Below, in pieces: positions 29,318-39,539 of a stretch of 64,000 nucleotides of DNA. The notes beneath the pieces were generated by a model that worked only from the letters and a program-made list of their open reading frames with translations, was not told the DNA's origin and ran no database searches. How positions within the stretch are numbered: the first letter of the stretch is position 1; each line of letters begins with the position of its first letter. The position numbers were made by a program, and so were the translations under genes. Origin of the DNA: Betaproteobacteria bacterium (GTDB taxonomy: Bacteria > Pseudomonadota > Gammaproteobacteria > Burkholderiales > Rhodocyclaceae); contig JACQYA010000118.1 in NCBI GenBank assembly GCA_016208425.1, forward strand, positions 3,350 through 67,349, written 5' to 3'.

Positions 29318-30268
29318 TCAGGCCGGTTCGCCGAAGCCGGCGAGCGCGAGCAGCGCGTGCGCCTGCTCCGAACACTGCGCGGCGATCTTGCCGTCGAGCG
29401 CCCTCAGCCAGCGCCGGGGAATGCCTTCCACCCCGTAACGCGCACCGGCCAGCATGCCGGCGATAGCGCCCGTGGTGTCGGCATCGCCGCCCCGGTTGAC
29501 GACATCGAGCAGACAGTCTTCAAAGCTCGAGGTGGAGACGGAACCCTGAAAAACGGCCTGCATCGTTTCGACCACATAGCCGCTCGGGTTTTCGCGCCGC
29601 TTCTTGTCGAAGGCGAAAGCCGGATAGGCGCCGACCAGCGCTTCCGCTCGCCGCTGAAATGCGTCCGCCGCATCGCGCCCGGCGAGCAAATCGTGCACGA
29701 CGAATACCAGCGTTTCGCAGGCAGCATCCGACAAGGCATTGTGATGCGTGACGTGGGCCTGGGCGCGGCTGGCGGCAATGATTTTTTCCTCGGGCTGGCC
29801 GTAGCAGGCGAGCGCGACGGGCAAAACGCGCATGGCCGCGCCGTTGCCGGCGTCGTGCTCGCAAACGGTGGCCTGCGGGTTTCCCGTACCGCGAAAGCGG
29901 ATCAGGTTGCGGCGCACGGTGTTGCCGACATCGACCGGCCGGGCCCGCATCCAGGCGTCGAAAGCGTCGGCGGCGGCCTGTGCGCGGACACCCCCGGCGG
30001 CCAGGATCGCCCGCCCGAGCGCCAGCGACATGGTCGTGTCGTCGGTGACCTGGCCGGCTTTCAGACGCAGCCAGCCACCGCCGGTGAGGTCGCGGTGTAC
30101 GCCATACTGGTGGCGTATTTCGTTCGGCGTGAGGAATTCGACCGTCGCGCCCAGGGCGTCGCCGACGGCCAAACCCAAGTAGGCGCCCGCCGCCTTGCCG
30201 GGCAATGGGGCGGCTTTTTCCGGCAGCACCGTCAGGCGGTGGGCGATCAGGTCTCCGGGCCGAAACAT
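29318..30268 (-). CDS. draG: ADP-ribosyl-[dinitrogen reductase] glycohydrolase DraG
   Basis: AYLGLAVGDALGATVEFLTPNEIRHQYGVHRDLTGGGWLRLKAGQVTDDTTMSLALG is the typical DraG/ARH family sequence. Start uncertain: ATG 30268 overlaps nifQ by 22 nt, GTG 30229 is an alternative, and the track start at 30295 is TTG. Confidence 0.88.
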   Translation of the reverse strand: MFRPGDLIAHRLTVLPEKAAPLPGKAAGAYLGLAVGDALGATVEFLTPNEIRHQYGVHRDLTGGGWLRLKAGQVTDDTTMSLALGRAILAAGGVRAQAAADAFDAWMRARPVDVGNTVRRNLIRFRGTGNPQATVCEHDAGNGAAMRVLPVALACYGQPEEKIIAASRAQAHVTHHNALSDAACETLVFVVHDLLAGRDAADAFQRRAEALVGAYPAFAFDKKRRENPSGYVVETMQAVFQGSVSTSSFEDCLLDVVNRGGDADTTGAIAGMLAGARYGVEGIPRRWLRALDGKIAAQCSEQAHALLALAGFGEPA

Positions 30269-30843
30269 CTCGCGTAGTCCTTGCATTCGCCGCAAGACGG
30301 GGCGGGACAGACGTAGATGCCTTCAAGCGCGCAAAACTGGCGGTAGAGGAATTTCTTCCACTTCATGTCGCCGCTGTTGGCGCGCGCGAGTTCGGGGAAA
30401 TTCGCGCGCATCAGCGCAGTGAGCTGGGCGCGGTCGAGCAGGCCGAGATCCTGCCACAGGTGGTGGTTGCCGGCGCAGGCGGTGGCGACGATGTCGGCGA
30501 TCCACAGCTCCGAACCGCGCTCCCGGGCGCGGTGGCCGACCAGCAGTTTTTGCAGGTCGCCCCACTCGGGGATCGTTTTGGCGTCCGTTTTGGCACCCGC
30601 TTCGGCGCACTCTTCCGGCGCGATATCCTCGTAGCCGGGAAAGTGTTCGGCGGCCATGCGGCGATAGGCTGCCTCGCCGAGGCCAAGGTGGTTCGGCAGG
30701 CAGCCGGCACCGGCGGCGCGGCTGGCGATCAGGGTGGCGAGAAACCGCCGGTTCGGATCGCCGGTTGCGGCGGAAGTCGCGGGCGTCGCCAGCAGGGCGG
30801 CAAGCAGCGTCGCGCAATAGGGCAGGCGTTCGGGAGCGTTCAT
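30247..30843 (-). CDS. nifQ: Molybdenum-processing protein NifQ
   Basis: 198 aa. C-terminal Cys motif CPAPSCGECKDYARC (Cx4Cx2Cx5C) and ...HHLWQDLGL...MKWKKFLYRQ... Confidence 0.88.
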   Translation of the reverse strand: MNAPERLPYCATLLAALLATPATSAATGDPNRRFLATLIASRAAGAGCLPNHLGLGEAAYRRMAAEHFPGYEDIAPEECAEAGAKTDAKTIPEWGDLQKLLVGHRARERGSELWIADIVATACAGNHHLWQDLGLLDRAQLTALMRANFPELARANSGDMKWKKFLYRQFCALEGIYVCPAPSCGECKDYARCFGPET

Positions 30844-30856
30844 GATCCCGGCTCCC

Positions 30857-31219
30857 CTACTTGCTCGGATATTCGACGAGGATGTCCTCGTCGCGAACGA
30901 TCATCTGGCAGGCCAAACGCCATTGCGTCGGCGGGATGTCATCGATGTACATCCGCTCGATCTGCGCCTTGGTGATGTGGCCGAGCTCGCCCAGCGCGGC
31001 GACTTCGCGCGCGTTCAGCGGGCCGCCCATCGGCCGCCGCTTGCCGTCGACCGAGGAAACCTTGACCAGGCAGGTGCCGCAGTTGCCCTCCTGGCAGCCA
31101 AAGTCGATCGGGATGTGATGTTCCTTGGCCAGCGCCAGGATGGTCTGCGTGTGGCTGCCGGCCACGGCATAGACGGTCTTGTCCTTGTGCATCGGGCTGG
31201 TGAAGGTGATGAGCGCCAT
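30857..31219 (-). CDS. [2Fe-2S] ferredoxin
   Basis: 120 aa. CQEGNCGTC...C pattern (plant/vertebrate-type 2Fe-2S ligands). Confidence 0.8.
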   Translation of the reverse strand: MALITFTSPMHKDKTVYAVAGSHTQTILALAKEHHIPIDFGCQEGNCGTCLVKVSSVDGKRRPMGGPLNAREVAALGELGHITKAQIERMYIDDIPPTQWRLACQMIVRDEDILVEYPSK

Positions 31220-31277
31220 TTTGGGTTTCTCCGGGTAACAGGTTGGGTCAGGGTTTCCGCCAGACCGGGCGTCGTTC

Positions 31278-31565
31278 TCAGGCGGGGCTGACGACGATTT
31301 CGCCGCCGATGATCTGCGCCTGGCAGGCCAGGCGGTGCTGGCGGGGCGCCATGTTGTCCTTGAGCACCTGATCTTCGAGGATCGACGGTGGCGCCAGGTT
31401 TTCCCCTCCCGAGACGATCCTCGTCAGGCAGGTGCAACATTCGCCTTCGCGACAGCCGTAGGTGATGCCGGCGCCAACCGTTTCCGAGACTTCGATCAGA
31501 CGGGTGCCGGCCGGCACGGTGACGGTAACGCCGATGTCGGCAAAGGTGACTTTGGCTTTGGGCAT
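31278..31565 (-). CDS. [2Fe-2S] ferredoxin
   Basis: 95 aa. CREGECCTC...LACQ pattern. Confidence 0.8.
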   Translation of the reverse strand: MPKAKVTFADIGVTVTVPAGTRLIEVSETVGAGITYGCREGECCTCLTRIVSGGENLAPPSILEDQVLKDNMAPRQHRLACQAQIIGGEIVVSPA

Positions 31566-31587
31566 TGCGTGTTCCTGTCAAAAGTGC

Positions 31588-31627
31588 GTCATACCGGGCT
31601 CGCCGGAATCCCGGTGAGCGAGCCCGG
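31588..31627. repeat. REP-like unit plus extended hairpin
   Basis: GTCATACCGGGCTCGCCGGAATCC (related to 6675..6699) and a 10-bp inverted repeat CCGGGCTCGC/GCGAGCCCGG. Confidence 0.5.
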
Positions 31628-31837
31628 CGGGTTGAGCGGATCGCCCGCTTCGTCGACGATGGCGCACTCGATCGGGCAGATCGCGGCGCATTGCGCTTCG
31701 GCGTAGTCGCCCAGACACTCGGTGCATTTTTGGTCGTCGACCAGAAAGTGCGGTATCTCCCGAGCGATTGCCCCGTTGGGGCAGACCCCGGCGCAGGCCC
31801 AGCAGTTGACGCACGCTTGAGTGATCTGCAAAGCCAT
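31589..31837 (-). CDS. fdxN: 2x[4Fe-4S] ferredoxin, FdxN-like
   Basis: 82 aa from internal ATG 31837, 3 nt after the nifB stop. CVNCWACAGVCP and CTECLGD..CAAICP. The last ~12 codons and the stop lie inside a REP-like hairpin. Confidence 0.82.
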   Translation of the reverse strand: MALQITQACVNCWACAGVCPNGAIAREIPHFLVDDQKCTECLGDYAEAQCAAICPIECAIVDEAGDPLNPPGSLTGIPASPV

Positions 31838-31839
31838 GA

Positions 31840-33378
31840 TTACGCTGCCTGTCTTTCTGTAGCCGGCAGCGCAAGCTTGCCGTTGGCGTGCAATTCCCGG
31901 TAAACCGCCAGGACGGCATCCTCTACCGGCTCCAGCGCGTGCTCGCCGTTCGGCCAAATGCCGTGGGTTTCCAGCTTGTTCCAGGGTTCGTAGCCGATCT
32001 TCGAGCAGAGCACGACTTCGCAGCCGGCCAGCGCGGCAACGGTTTTGTCGAGAGCCGCTTCGGGCCGGCCGTCGTCCCCGCCGCAGGTGGCGGAGCCGCC
32101 GCAATAGAGGTCGGTCTTGCGGTGGCCGATAAAGCGGACGCCGCCTGGCGAAGCTTCGTAAATCTGGAACTCGCGGGCGTGGCCGAAGTGTTCGGCGACG
32201 AGGCCGTTCTTGCCGGCGACGGCCATCAGCACGCTTCTCGTACCCGCCGGGATGCCGTGATCGGCCGCGGCCGGGGCATGCGGCGCGCCCCCGGCTTCAC
32301 GCCGCAGCGTTTGCTGTTGTTCCCGCTTTTGCCTCAATTCGCCATGGATCGCGTCGCGCACCTCCTTGCGGCGGATCAGGGCGGTTTCGTAGTCGATGTC
32401 GCCGAGCGCGAGGCGGTCGATCTTGTCCAGCGTAAACTCCGGGCCGCGATCCTCGCCGAGCAAGCCGACCGCGTCGGCGCGGCACTGGCGGCAGTGCCGC
32501 ATCATCGCCATGTCGCCCGCGCAATCGTCCTGCAGCTCCCGCAATTGTGCGGTGGTCGGCTCCGGCTGTCGCATCAGGCCGTAGTAGGTGCCGTGCCCGG
32601 CTTCGGCGATCAACGGCATAACGTTGTGCAGGAACGCGCCTTTGGCCTTGACCCGCTTCGAAACTTCCTTCAGGTGCCTGTCGTTCACGCCCGGGATCAG
32701 CACCGAGTTGACCTTCACCAGAACGCCGCGCGCGGTCAGCATCTCCAGCCCCTTCTGCTGCTGCTCGACCAGAATCCTCGCCGCTTCGACACCACGGATG
32801 CGCCTGTTCTGCCAGAAAATCCACGGATAGATTTTGGCGCCGACATCCGGGTCGATGCAGTTGATCGTTATCGTCACGTGGTCGATGTTGTGCCTGGCGA
32901 TTTCGTCGGCGTACCGCGGAAGATTGAGGCCGTTGGTCGACACGCAGAGCTTGATGTCCGGCGCCCGTTCGGATAGCTGGCGGAAGGTCTCGAAAGTACG
33001 GGCCGGGTTGGCCAGCGGGTCTCCCGGCCCGGCGATGCCGAGCACCGTCATCTGCGGGATGGCAGCCGCCACGGCAAGCACCTTCTTGATCGCCTGCCCG
33101 GGCGAAAGAAGTTCGGAAACGACGCCGGGACGCGACTCGTTGGCGCAGTCGTACTTGCGGTTGCAGTAGTTGCACTGGATGTTGCAGGCCGGCGCCACAG
33201 CCACGTGCATGCGGGCAAAGTAGTGGTGCGCCTCCTCCGAGTAGCAAGGGTGATCCTGCACCTTGGCGCGGATGTGATCGGGAAGATGCGCCAGCGCATC
33301 GGGCGCCGCGCCGCAGCCGCCGGAAGAGCAGCCACCGCCGGCTGCGGGGGCGGTATTGCCGATAACGGGTAAGTCCAC
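31840..33378 (-). CDS. nifB: Radical SAM FeMo-cofactor biosynthesis protein NifB (with C-terminal NifX-like domain)
   Basis: HPCYSEEAHHYFARMHVAVAPACNIQCNYCNRKYDC radical-SAM motif. Start reassigned to GTG 33378 (AGGAGA SD 6 nt upstream), because the track TTG start at 33429 is the TGGCAC of the promoter. Confidence 0.93.
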   Translation of the reverse strand: MDLPVIGNTAPAAGGGCSSGGCGAAPDALAHLPDHIRAKVQDHPCYSEEAHHYFARMHVAVAPACNIQCNYCNRKYDCANESRPGVVSELLSPGQAIKKVLAVAAAIPQMTVLGIAGPGDPLANPARTFETFRQLSERAPDIKLCVSTNGLNLPRYADEIARHNIDHVTITINCIDPDVGAKIYPWIFWQNRRIRGVEAARILVEQQQKGLEMLTARGVLVKVNSVLIPGVNDRHLKEVSKRVKAKGAFLHNVMPLIAEAGHGTYYGLMRQPEPTTAQLRELQDDCAGDMAMMRHCRQCRADAVGLLGEDRGPEFTLDKIDRLALGDIDYETALIRRKEVRDAIHGELRQKREQQQTLRREAGGAPHAPAAADHGIPAGTRSVLMAVAGKNGLVAEHFGHAREFQIYEASPGGVRFIGHRKTDLYCGGSATCGGDDGRPEAALDKTVAALAGCEVVLCSKIGYEPWNKLETHGIWPNGEHALEPVEDAVLAVYRELHANGKLALPATERQAA

Positions 33379-33413
33379 GATGCGTTCTCCTGGGATGCTG
33401 TCGAGCCTGTTCA

Positions 33414-33428
33414 GCAATCGTCGTGCCA
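33414..33428 (-). promoter_or_regulatory. sigma54 -24/-12 promoter for the nifB operon
   Basis: Minus strand reads TGGCAC-GACGA-TTGC (consensus). Confidence 0.88.
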
Positions 33429-33491
33429 AGCCGGAGAACGGCTTTGATACAAGGGGTTGTGAGCTGTATGCCGCACCGTTTGTCGGGCTTT

Positions 33492-33507
33492 TGTCGCAAA
33501 GCCGACA
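33492..33507 (-). promoter_or_regulatory. NifA upstream activator site for nifB
   Basis: TGTCGCAAAGCCGACA, 64 bp upstream of the -24 element. Confidence 0.8.
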
Positions 33508-33550
33508 GCCCGGTTATGCGCCGGACGGCAGCCTCGACCCGACGGACTTC

Positions 33551-33580
33551 CCGAATTTTCCAGAATTTTCCCGGATTTTC
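33551..33580. repeat. Three 10-bp phased direct repeats (T-tracts in helical phase)
   Basis: CCGAATTTTC CAGAATTTTC CCGGATTTTC, in the divergent nifB/MCP intergenic region. Confidence 0.6.
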
Positions 33581-33743
33581 CTTTTCGCTGCGCGCGTTAT
33601 CGTAGCCCCGTTAAAAAAGCACTTTTTCACGGCTCGGGAAATTGAAACTCCCTGTCCCGACCCGCGACCCGAAGCCTTGGCGAGGCACCGCAAGCGCCTC
33701 CCCCCGTTTCGGCGGAGCGCTCTATCTACGGAAGGTTTTCAAG

Positions 33744-35282
33744 GTGAAAACAAAGACGCAACTGACGGTTCTGGCCGTTCTTTCGGGATCGGGTCTGCTG
33801 CTGCTTGGCGCGGTCGCCCTGTTCTTTCTCGGCCAGCTCGGCCGCACCCTGAATTCGGCGATGGATCAGCGCGAGAAGGTCGAGAAATGGGTCGGCAGCG
33901 CGCGGTCCGCCCAGGTCAATTTCCAGCGGCAGGTGCAGGAATGGAAGAACATTCTCGTCAGGGGCAACGACGCTGAGGACTACGGGAAATATTTCGGCGA
34001 GTTTGGCGCCCGGGAAGAAGTCGTTCAGTCCACGCTCGGGGAACTCAAGTTGGCGATGAACGAGCTCGGCGCCGACACGCCACGGGTCGACAGTTTGCGC
34101 TCCGCCCACAAGGATCTGGGCAAGAAATATCGCGACGCCTTGGGCAGTTTCGACAAAGGCAACCCGAACGCCGGCCAGGTCGTGGACAAACTGGTCAAGG
34201 GGATGGATCGGGCGACTTCTTCGGGCATCGACGATCTGGCCGGTTTTATCGAAAGGGAAGCGCAGGCCAGATTAGAGGCACTGAGAGCCGAATCTGGCCA
34301 GGCGGCCAGCCGTCAGAAACTGGCGCTGATTTTCGTCGCCGGCATCGTGATGGCCGTCGTCGGCGTGTTGGGGGGCGTGATCGGCCGAAACATCTTCCGG
34401 CAGTTCGGGGGCGAGCCATCGTATGCCGTAGAAATCACGCGGAAGATTGCCGGGGGCGACTTGAGCGTGCCGGTCAGGACGATGGCCGGAGATACCGGCA
34501 GCCTTCTGGCGGCGATGGGCGAGATGCGGGAGGCGCGGCAGACGGCGGTTCGCGAAATTGTCGTCTGCGCCGACGGCCTCGCCGGCTCTGCGGGCGAACT
34601 GTCGGCCGCCTCGCACCAAGTCGCGGCCAGCACCCAGGCGCAGGCACGGGCCACCTCTTCCTCGGCGGCGGCCGTCGAGCAGGCGACCGGCCAGATCATG
34701 GGCGTTGGCGACGGCGTCGAAAAGACCATGAGAGACATCCAGGCGCTTTCCACGGAAGTCGAACAGATCGGCGATGTTGCGTTTGTCATCAAGGAAATCG
34801 CCGGCCAGACCAACCTGCTCGCGTTGAACGCAGCCATCGAAGCGGCACGCGCCGGAGAGCAGGGACGCGGCTTTGCCGTTGTCGCCGACGAAGTGCGCAA
34901 GCTCGCCGAACGCACGACAAGCTCGGTGGCAAAAATCGCGGACATGATCGCCAAGATTCAGCGCGAGACTCGCGCCGTGGTCGGCAGCATGCAGGAGAAC
35001 CACGATCTGACCTCCCGCGTTATTTCGTCGTCGGCCGGCGCCACGGGATCTATCGCCCAGATCAGTGATACGACCGACTCCGTAGTCGCCGCCATCGCCG
35101 AAATTTCGGGCGCACTCGGAGAGCAACGCTCGGCCGCGACGGGGCTGGCGCGCAACCTCGAATCGATAGCGCAAATGTCCGAAGAAAACCCGGCCGCCGT
35201 AGATGCCATCGCGGCAACCGCGCGCGGGCTGGAGTCTACGTCGGCGCGTCTAAAAAGCGCCATTTCGCGCTTCCGGCTTTAA
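33744..35282 (+). CDS. Methyl-accepting chemotaxis protein
   Basis: GTG 33744 gives an N-terminal TM helix ([23 protein letters not shown]), a periplasmic helical domain, a second TM/HAMP region and the signalling hairpin [41 protein letters not shown]. Confidence 0.88.
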   Translation: MKTKTQLTVLAVLSGSGLLLLGAVALFFLGQLGRTLNSAMDQREKVEKWVGSARSAQVNFQRQVQEWKNILVRGNDAEDYGKYFGEFGAREEVVQSTLGELKLAMNELGADTPRVDSLRSAHKDLGKKYRDALGSFDKGNPNAGQVVDKLVKGMDRATSSGIDDLAGFIEREAQARLEALRAESGQAASRQKLALIFVAGIVMAVVGVLGGVIGRNIFRQFGGEPSYAVEITRKIAGGDLSVPVRTMAGDTGSLLAAMGEMREARQTAVREIVVCADGLAGSAGELSAASHQVAASTQAQARATSSSAAAVEQATGQIMGVGDGVEKTMRDIQALSTEVEQIGDVAFVIKEIAGQTNLLALNAAIEAARAGEQGRGFAVVADEVRKLAERTTSSVAKIADMIAKIQRETRAVVGSMQENHDLTSRVISSSAGATGSIAQISDTTDSVVAAIAEISGALGEQRSAATGLARNLESIAQMSEENPAAVDAIAATARGLESTSARLKSAISRFRL

Positions 35283-35296
35283 ACGCCGACAAGGCA

Positions 35297-35320
35297 GCCG
35301 TCCCGGTCACCCGGGACGGC
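35297..35320. terminator. 10-bp perfect hairpin between the convergent MCP and aceA genes
   Basis: GCCGTCCCGG-TCAC-CCGGGACGGC; no U-tract. Confidence 0.5.
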
Positions 35321-35348
35321 CAGCAGTGCGATCTGCCTGATACCCCGC

Positions 35349-36647
35349 TCAGTGGAACTGCTCTTCTTCGGTCGACCCGGTCAGCGCGGTCACCGACGAG
35401 GCGCCGCCCTGAATGACCGTCGTCACTTCGTCGAAGTAGCCGGTACCGACTTCCTGCTGGTGGGAAACGAAAGAGTAGCCACGGTCGCGCGCGGCGAATT
35501 CCGGCTCCTGCACTTTCTCGACGTAGGCCGACATGCCGCGCGCGACATAGTCCTGCGCCAGATCGAACATGTTGTACCACATCGAGTGGATGCCGGCCAA
35601 AGTGATGAACTGGTACTTGTAGCCCATCGCGCCGAGTTCGCGCTGGAACCTGGCGATGGTCGCGTCGTCCAGGTTCTTCTTCCAGTTGAACGACGGCGAG
35701 CAGTTGTAGGCGAGCAGTTTGCCCGGGTGCCGGGCATGCACGGCTTCGGCGAACTTGCGGGCGAATTCGAGATCCGGCGTACCGGTTTCGCACCACACCA
35801 GGTCGGCGTAGCCGGCGTAAGCGATGGCGCGGGAGATGGCTTGATCCAGACCCTTCTTCGTCTTGTAGAAGCCTTCGGCGGTGCGCTCGCCGGTGACGAA
35901 GGGCTGGTCGTTCTCGTCGTAGTCGGAGGTCAGCAGATCGGCCGCTTCGGCGTCGGTGCGGGCGATGACCAGCGTCGGCACGCCGCAGCAGTCGGCGGCG
36001 AAACGCGCGGCGATCAGCTTCTGCACGGCTTCCTGGGTCGGCACCAGCACCTTGCCGCCCATGTGGCCGCACTTCTTGACGGAAGCCAACTGGTCTTCCC
36101 AATGCACGCCGGCCGCGCCGGAGCGGATCATCGCCTTCATCAGCTCGAAGGCGTTCAGCACGCCGCCGAAACCGGCTTCGGCATCGGCCACGATGGGCGC
36201 GAAGTAGTCGATATAGCCCGTGTCGCCGGCATTGATGTTCTTCGAGAACTGGATTTCGTCGGCGCGGCGGAACGAGTTGTTGATGCGCTCGACCACTTTC
36301 GGCACGGAGTCGACCGGGTACAGCGACTGGTCGGGGTACATCGCCGCGTAGGAGTTGTTGTCGGCGGCGACCTGCCAGCCGGACAGGTAGATGGCCTTGA
36401 TGCCGGCCTTGACCTGCTGCATCGCCTGACCACCGGTCAGCGCGCCGAGGCAGTTGACGTAGGGCTCGTTGTTGACCAGATCCCACAACTTCTCGGCGCC
36501 GCGGCGGGCGACGGTGTATTCGATCGGGAAGGAGCCGCGCAGGCGTACCACCTCGGCAGCGTTGTAACCGCGCTTGATGCCCTTCCAGCGGGGGTTTTCG
36601 GCCCAGTCTTTTTCTAGGGCGGCAATTTCTTGTTCACGAGAGTTCAT
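35349..36647 (-). CDS. aceA: Isocitrate lyase
   Basis: ATG 36647 (GAGG SD; the track start is GTG 36659). ...[28 protein letters not shown]..., catalytic KKCGHMGGK motif. Confidence 0.95.
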   Translation of the reverse strand: MNSREQEIAALEKDWAENPRWKGIKRGYNAAEVVRLRGSFPIEYTVARRGAEKLWDLVNNEPYVNCLGALTGGQAMQQVKAGIKAIYLSGWQVAADNNSYAAMYPDQSLYPVDSVPKVVERINNSFRRADEIQFSKNINAGDTGYIDYFAPIVADAEAGFGGVLNAFELMKAMIRSGAAGVHWEDQLASVKKCGHMGGKVLVPTQEAVQKLIAARFAADCCGVPTLVIARTDAEAADLLTSDYDENDQPFVTGERTAEGFYKTKKGLDQAISRAIAYAGYADLVWCETGTPDLEFARKFAEAVHARHPGKLLAYNCSPSFNWKKNLDDATIARFQRELGAMGYKYQFITLAGIHSMWYNMFDLAQDYVARGMSAYVEKVQEPEFAARDRGYSFVSHQQEVGTGYFDEVTTVIQGGASSVTALTGSTEEEQFH

Positions 36648-36780
36648 CTGATACCTCACAAAAAGTCACAAACAGCGATGGGGAAGTCGCGGAAATTCTG
36701 CTGCCCCGACACCGAACATCAAGCGTTGCCGGAACCGGCCAGCGAGCGAAGTATAGAGAGTTTTTTGCACAGCAGCAATA

Positions 36781-36794
36781 GTCTTATATAAGAC
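36781..36794. promoter_or_regulatory. Perfect 14-bp palindrome upstream of aceA (candidate operator)
   Basis: GTCTTATATAAGAC in an AT-rich region about 135 bp upstream of the aceA start. Confidence 0.35.
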
Positions 36795-36968
36795 ATAAGA
36801 TATTTTATTTGTTCAACAATTCAATAGTTTGAATACGGTATTCCGCATTACGGGAAGTGATTTGCCTTCGTGAAATTCCCGGCTTTTGCGAGATGGCGCT
36901 TCGTGCGAAGCGAAGAAAACCGTCCGAATAGCAAGCGGGCGCCCGGACACCCCGGCACTGCTCCCGCG

Positions 36969-37373
36969 TCAAAAAAGCGCGGCCGTCCAAACCAGCGGGT
37001 TGCGCGTCAAGGCGACGGACACGATGTACAAAAAAAACGCGCACGCGACGACGAAAAATACCGCGCGCTGGACTTTGCTTCGTCCTCGCTTGAGCGCGAC
37101 TGTCCCGCACAGGATGTAGGCGATCAAACCGAAAATTTTTGCTGTCAGCCAGCCCTCTACGAAGGGATATTGTCCGCTCATTACCGCCATCGAAACCGCG
37201 CTGCCCAACAAAGCGGTATCGACAAAGTGCGGCGCAACCCCGACCCAGCGGCGCGACAGCCAAGGGGAGCCGGTCAGCATCCAGAAGCCTCTGAGCAGAA
37301 AACCCGTACCGCTGAGCACCACGCAGAGCAAATGCAGATGTTTGAGCGAAAAATAGATCGTCTGGGAGATCAT
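36969..37373 (-). CDS. SirB2-family small membrane protein
   Basis: 134 aa with four hydrophobic helices. The N-terminus ..SLKHLHLLCVVLSGTGFLLRGFW.. resembles the SirB family. Confidence 0.6.
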   Translation of the reverse strand: MISQTIYFSLKHLHLLCVVLSGTGFLLRGFWMLTGSPWLSRRWVGVAPHFVDTALLGSAVSMAVMSGQYPFVEGWLTAKIFGLIAYILCGTVALKRGRSKVQRAVFFVVACAFFLYIVSVALTRNPLVWTAALF

Positions 37374-37421
37374 CTCGCGGACGGGGTCGCCATAAAACCG
37401 CCTTGGGTGCGACCTCTGTTC

Positions 37422-38723
37422 TCAGGTCGATGCGACAAGCAAGGCCTCGATTTTCTTGAGATGGTGCCGATATACGCCCGCCGCCGACAGCAGGTTATAC
37501 AGCAACCAGGTGTTGGCCGCGATCATGGCCACACCGGCCGGGTAAACCAGCCATTCGGGCCAGAAAACCGCGAGAACCAGCAGCGCGAAGGCGGCGAAGT
37601 GCGCGGTCATTTGTCTCACCATCTGCCGCTCCGACAGCACCTTTTTCATGTTCGGCGCCATCAAACGACCCCGCCCCAAATTCTGCAAATGCATCCAGAC
37701 GAGAAATGGCACAATTTTGTACAGCATGCCGACGATCACCGACATGAAACCGCCAACGAGCAAGAGCACGCCCAACAGCAACGGCCAGCCATGCCACTCG
37801 CCGATCTGTGGAACGCTGCGGGCCACCAGCCACAAGACGGACGCCGCCAACGCGCTGAACATCGCCATCCGCCAGTATCGCTGCGTCGCGTCGAACCCGG
37901 CGCGCTTGCTTTTGCGCTGAATTTTTAAGGTGACGTAGAAAAATACGGCTGCAACCAGCACCACCAGCCCGGAGAGCAGCCCGGACGCCAGCTCCCATCC
38001 GGCCAGGTCGGCGGCCGTCCATAGCGCGACCGACGTCAATGCCGCGACCGAATAGGCGCGCCCAAACCAGTCCGGGTAGGCTGGCGTAAGCTGGAACATG
38101 GGTACCACCACATAGGCCACAGCGGCGAGCAACACGCTGCCCCAGGCGACCACACCCCAAGTCAAATGAATATTTGCAAGTTGCAGCAGCGGCATCGGAA
38201 ACGACCCGCCGAGCGAAATGGCCAGCACCAGCCCGAGGCCGACCGTAACCCCCAGCCCCAGCATGGCAAGCTTGAGGCCGCCGATGGTCGGCGTGGTCGA
38301 CGGCACGCGGTAGAGAGCGTGCGCGGTGGCGCCGATATACACCGTCGCACCGAGGCCGAGACAGCCCGCAGCGAGGCCGAAAAACAGCGGGGTGTAGCTC
38401 AGAAAAGCGGCTACCAGCAACAGGGTTCCGGCGGTCATCGCCGCGTGGACGATGGTCGCCACGCGTAGCGGCCGCACCACGTGGGCGCCCGCCACGACGG
38501 GAAGAATCTGCACCATCGCGCCGAGCATTGCCTGCATCATGAATCCGGCGGTCAGCAGATGGGTCAACGCCAGCGCGCCCGGCGTCCAGCGCGAGGCAAA
38601 CAGTTCCGGCCCGCTCGACAGCAACAGGACTCCGGCGAGAATGGCAAAAACGGGAGCCGTGACAAAGAACCGGAATGGCGCGGCAAACGGCGGCGCCTGA
38701 TCGAAAGACAACAAGGCCTGCAT
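37422..38723 (-). CDS. Polytopic membrane protein (NnrS-like context, family not certain)
   Basis: 433 aa with about 12 hydrophobic segments. The ATG overlaps the stop of the DUF2249 gene by 1 nt. Confidence 0.6.
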   Translation of the reverse strand: MQALLSFDQAPPFAAPFRFFVTAPVFAILAGVLLLSSGPELFASRWTPGALALTHLLTAGFMMQAMLGAMVQILPVVAGAHVVRPLRVATIVHAAMTAGTLLLVAAFLSYTPLFFGLAAGCLGLGATVYIGATAHALYRVPSTTPTIGGLKLAMLGLGVTVGLGLVLAISLGGSFPMPLLQLANIHLTWGVVAWGSVLLAAVAYVVVPMFQLTPAYPDWFGRAYSVAALTSVALWTAADLAGWELASGLLSGLVVLVAAVFFYVTLKIQRKSKRAGFDATQRYWRMAMFSALAASVLWLVARSVPQIGEWHGWPLLLGVLLLVGGFMSVIVGMLYKIVPFLVWMHLQNLGRGRLMAPNMKKVLSERQMVRQMTAHFAAFALLVLAVFWPEWLVYPAGVAMIAANTWLLYNLLSAAGVYRHHLKKIEALLVAST

Positions 38724-38959
38724 TACTGCGGTTTACGCCAGATCAATATCTCGACAAGCCCATCCGGTTTGCGGTCGGTTTGCCAGGCAAAACCGTTGAT
38801 TTCCAGCGCGCGGTAGAGAGGGTGCGGCTCGCGCGTAAGGAGCAGCAGCAGTTTCCCGGAAGACCCGATCCCGTCCAGCGCTTCCATGGTGCGCACAAAG
38901 GGTTCCGGCGGCTCCAGATTCCGGGCATCGATCACCAGATCGGGGCGAGGCTCGATCAT
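38723..38959 (-). CDS. DUF2249/TusA-like small protein
   Basis: 78 aa. ..IDARNLEPPEPFVRTMEAL.....LLLLLTREPHPLYRAL fits the DUF2249 pattern. Overlaps the hemerythrin gene stop by 4 nt. Confidence 0.65.
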   Translation of the reverse strand: MIEPRPDLVIDARNLEPPEPFVRTMEALDGIGSSGKLLLLLTREPHPLYRALEINGFAWQTDRKPDGLVEILIWRKPQ

Positions 38960-39414
38960 CCCGCCGGTTCCAGGTCATGAACCGCATCGCGCAGACCCGG
39001 CAACAAAACCGCGCCCTGGTCATCGAGATGCTGGTCGCACATGGGGTAAAGAACGTTTTCTTCCTTCATATTGTGCTGCTGCATCATAATCAACAAGGTT
39101 TCGGCGTCCCCGGAATACGCCTCTGCATCCCCGGCGCGCAGCGCCTCTTCGGCGGACGCAATCAGTTGGCGCAACTGCACATGCTCGCCACGCATCACCT
39201 GTGTCGGCCCCATATACATACCCGTGCGCTCTTCGAATGCCGGAAAGAGCAGAGACTCCTCGGCTGCGAAGTGGCGCAACATGCTATCCCGGAACTGCGA
39301 AAATCCGGTGACCGCCCGAACCCACGCCCCTTCAGCTACGGCCTTCTCGACCGCGACGAACAAGTCGTCGCAACGGCGATGATCGCCGGCCATAAACTCT
39401 CTGATATTTTGCAT
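38956..39414 (-). CDS. Hemerythrin HHE cation-binding domain protein
   Basis: MQNIREFMAGDHRRCDDLF...RHFAAEESLLFPAFE...MRGEHVQLR...HNMKEENVLYP, repeated H/E ligand motifs. Alternative start at 39444. Confidence 0.75.
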   Translation of the reverse strand: MQNIREFMAGDHRRCDDLFVAVEKAVAEGAWVRAVTGFSQFRDSMLRHFAAEESLLFPAFEERTGMYMGPTQVMRGEHVQLRQLIASAEEALRAGDAEAYSGDAETLLIMMQQHNMKEENVLYPMCDQHLDDQGAVLLPGLRDAVHDLEPAG

Positions 39415-39539
39415 AAAAGACCCCGCTGAAATGACGGGGTTCATTGTCGTGGGGCTATCCGCCCCATGCCTTGACCAATATCAAAAGCCCACCCGACTAA
39501 GAATTCGCAAAGGAATCCCGGCCGGCGGCCTCCAACTCC

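Noticed and set aside
33427-33429. Track start codon (TTG) of nifB at 33429.
   Set aside because: These bases are part of the TGGCAC -24 element of the nifB sigma54 promoter. GTG 33378, with an AGGAGA SD, is downstream of the predicted TSS.
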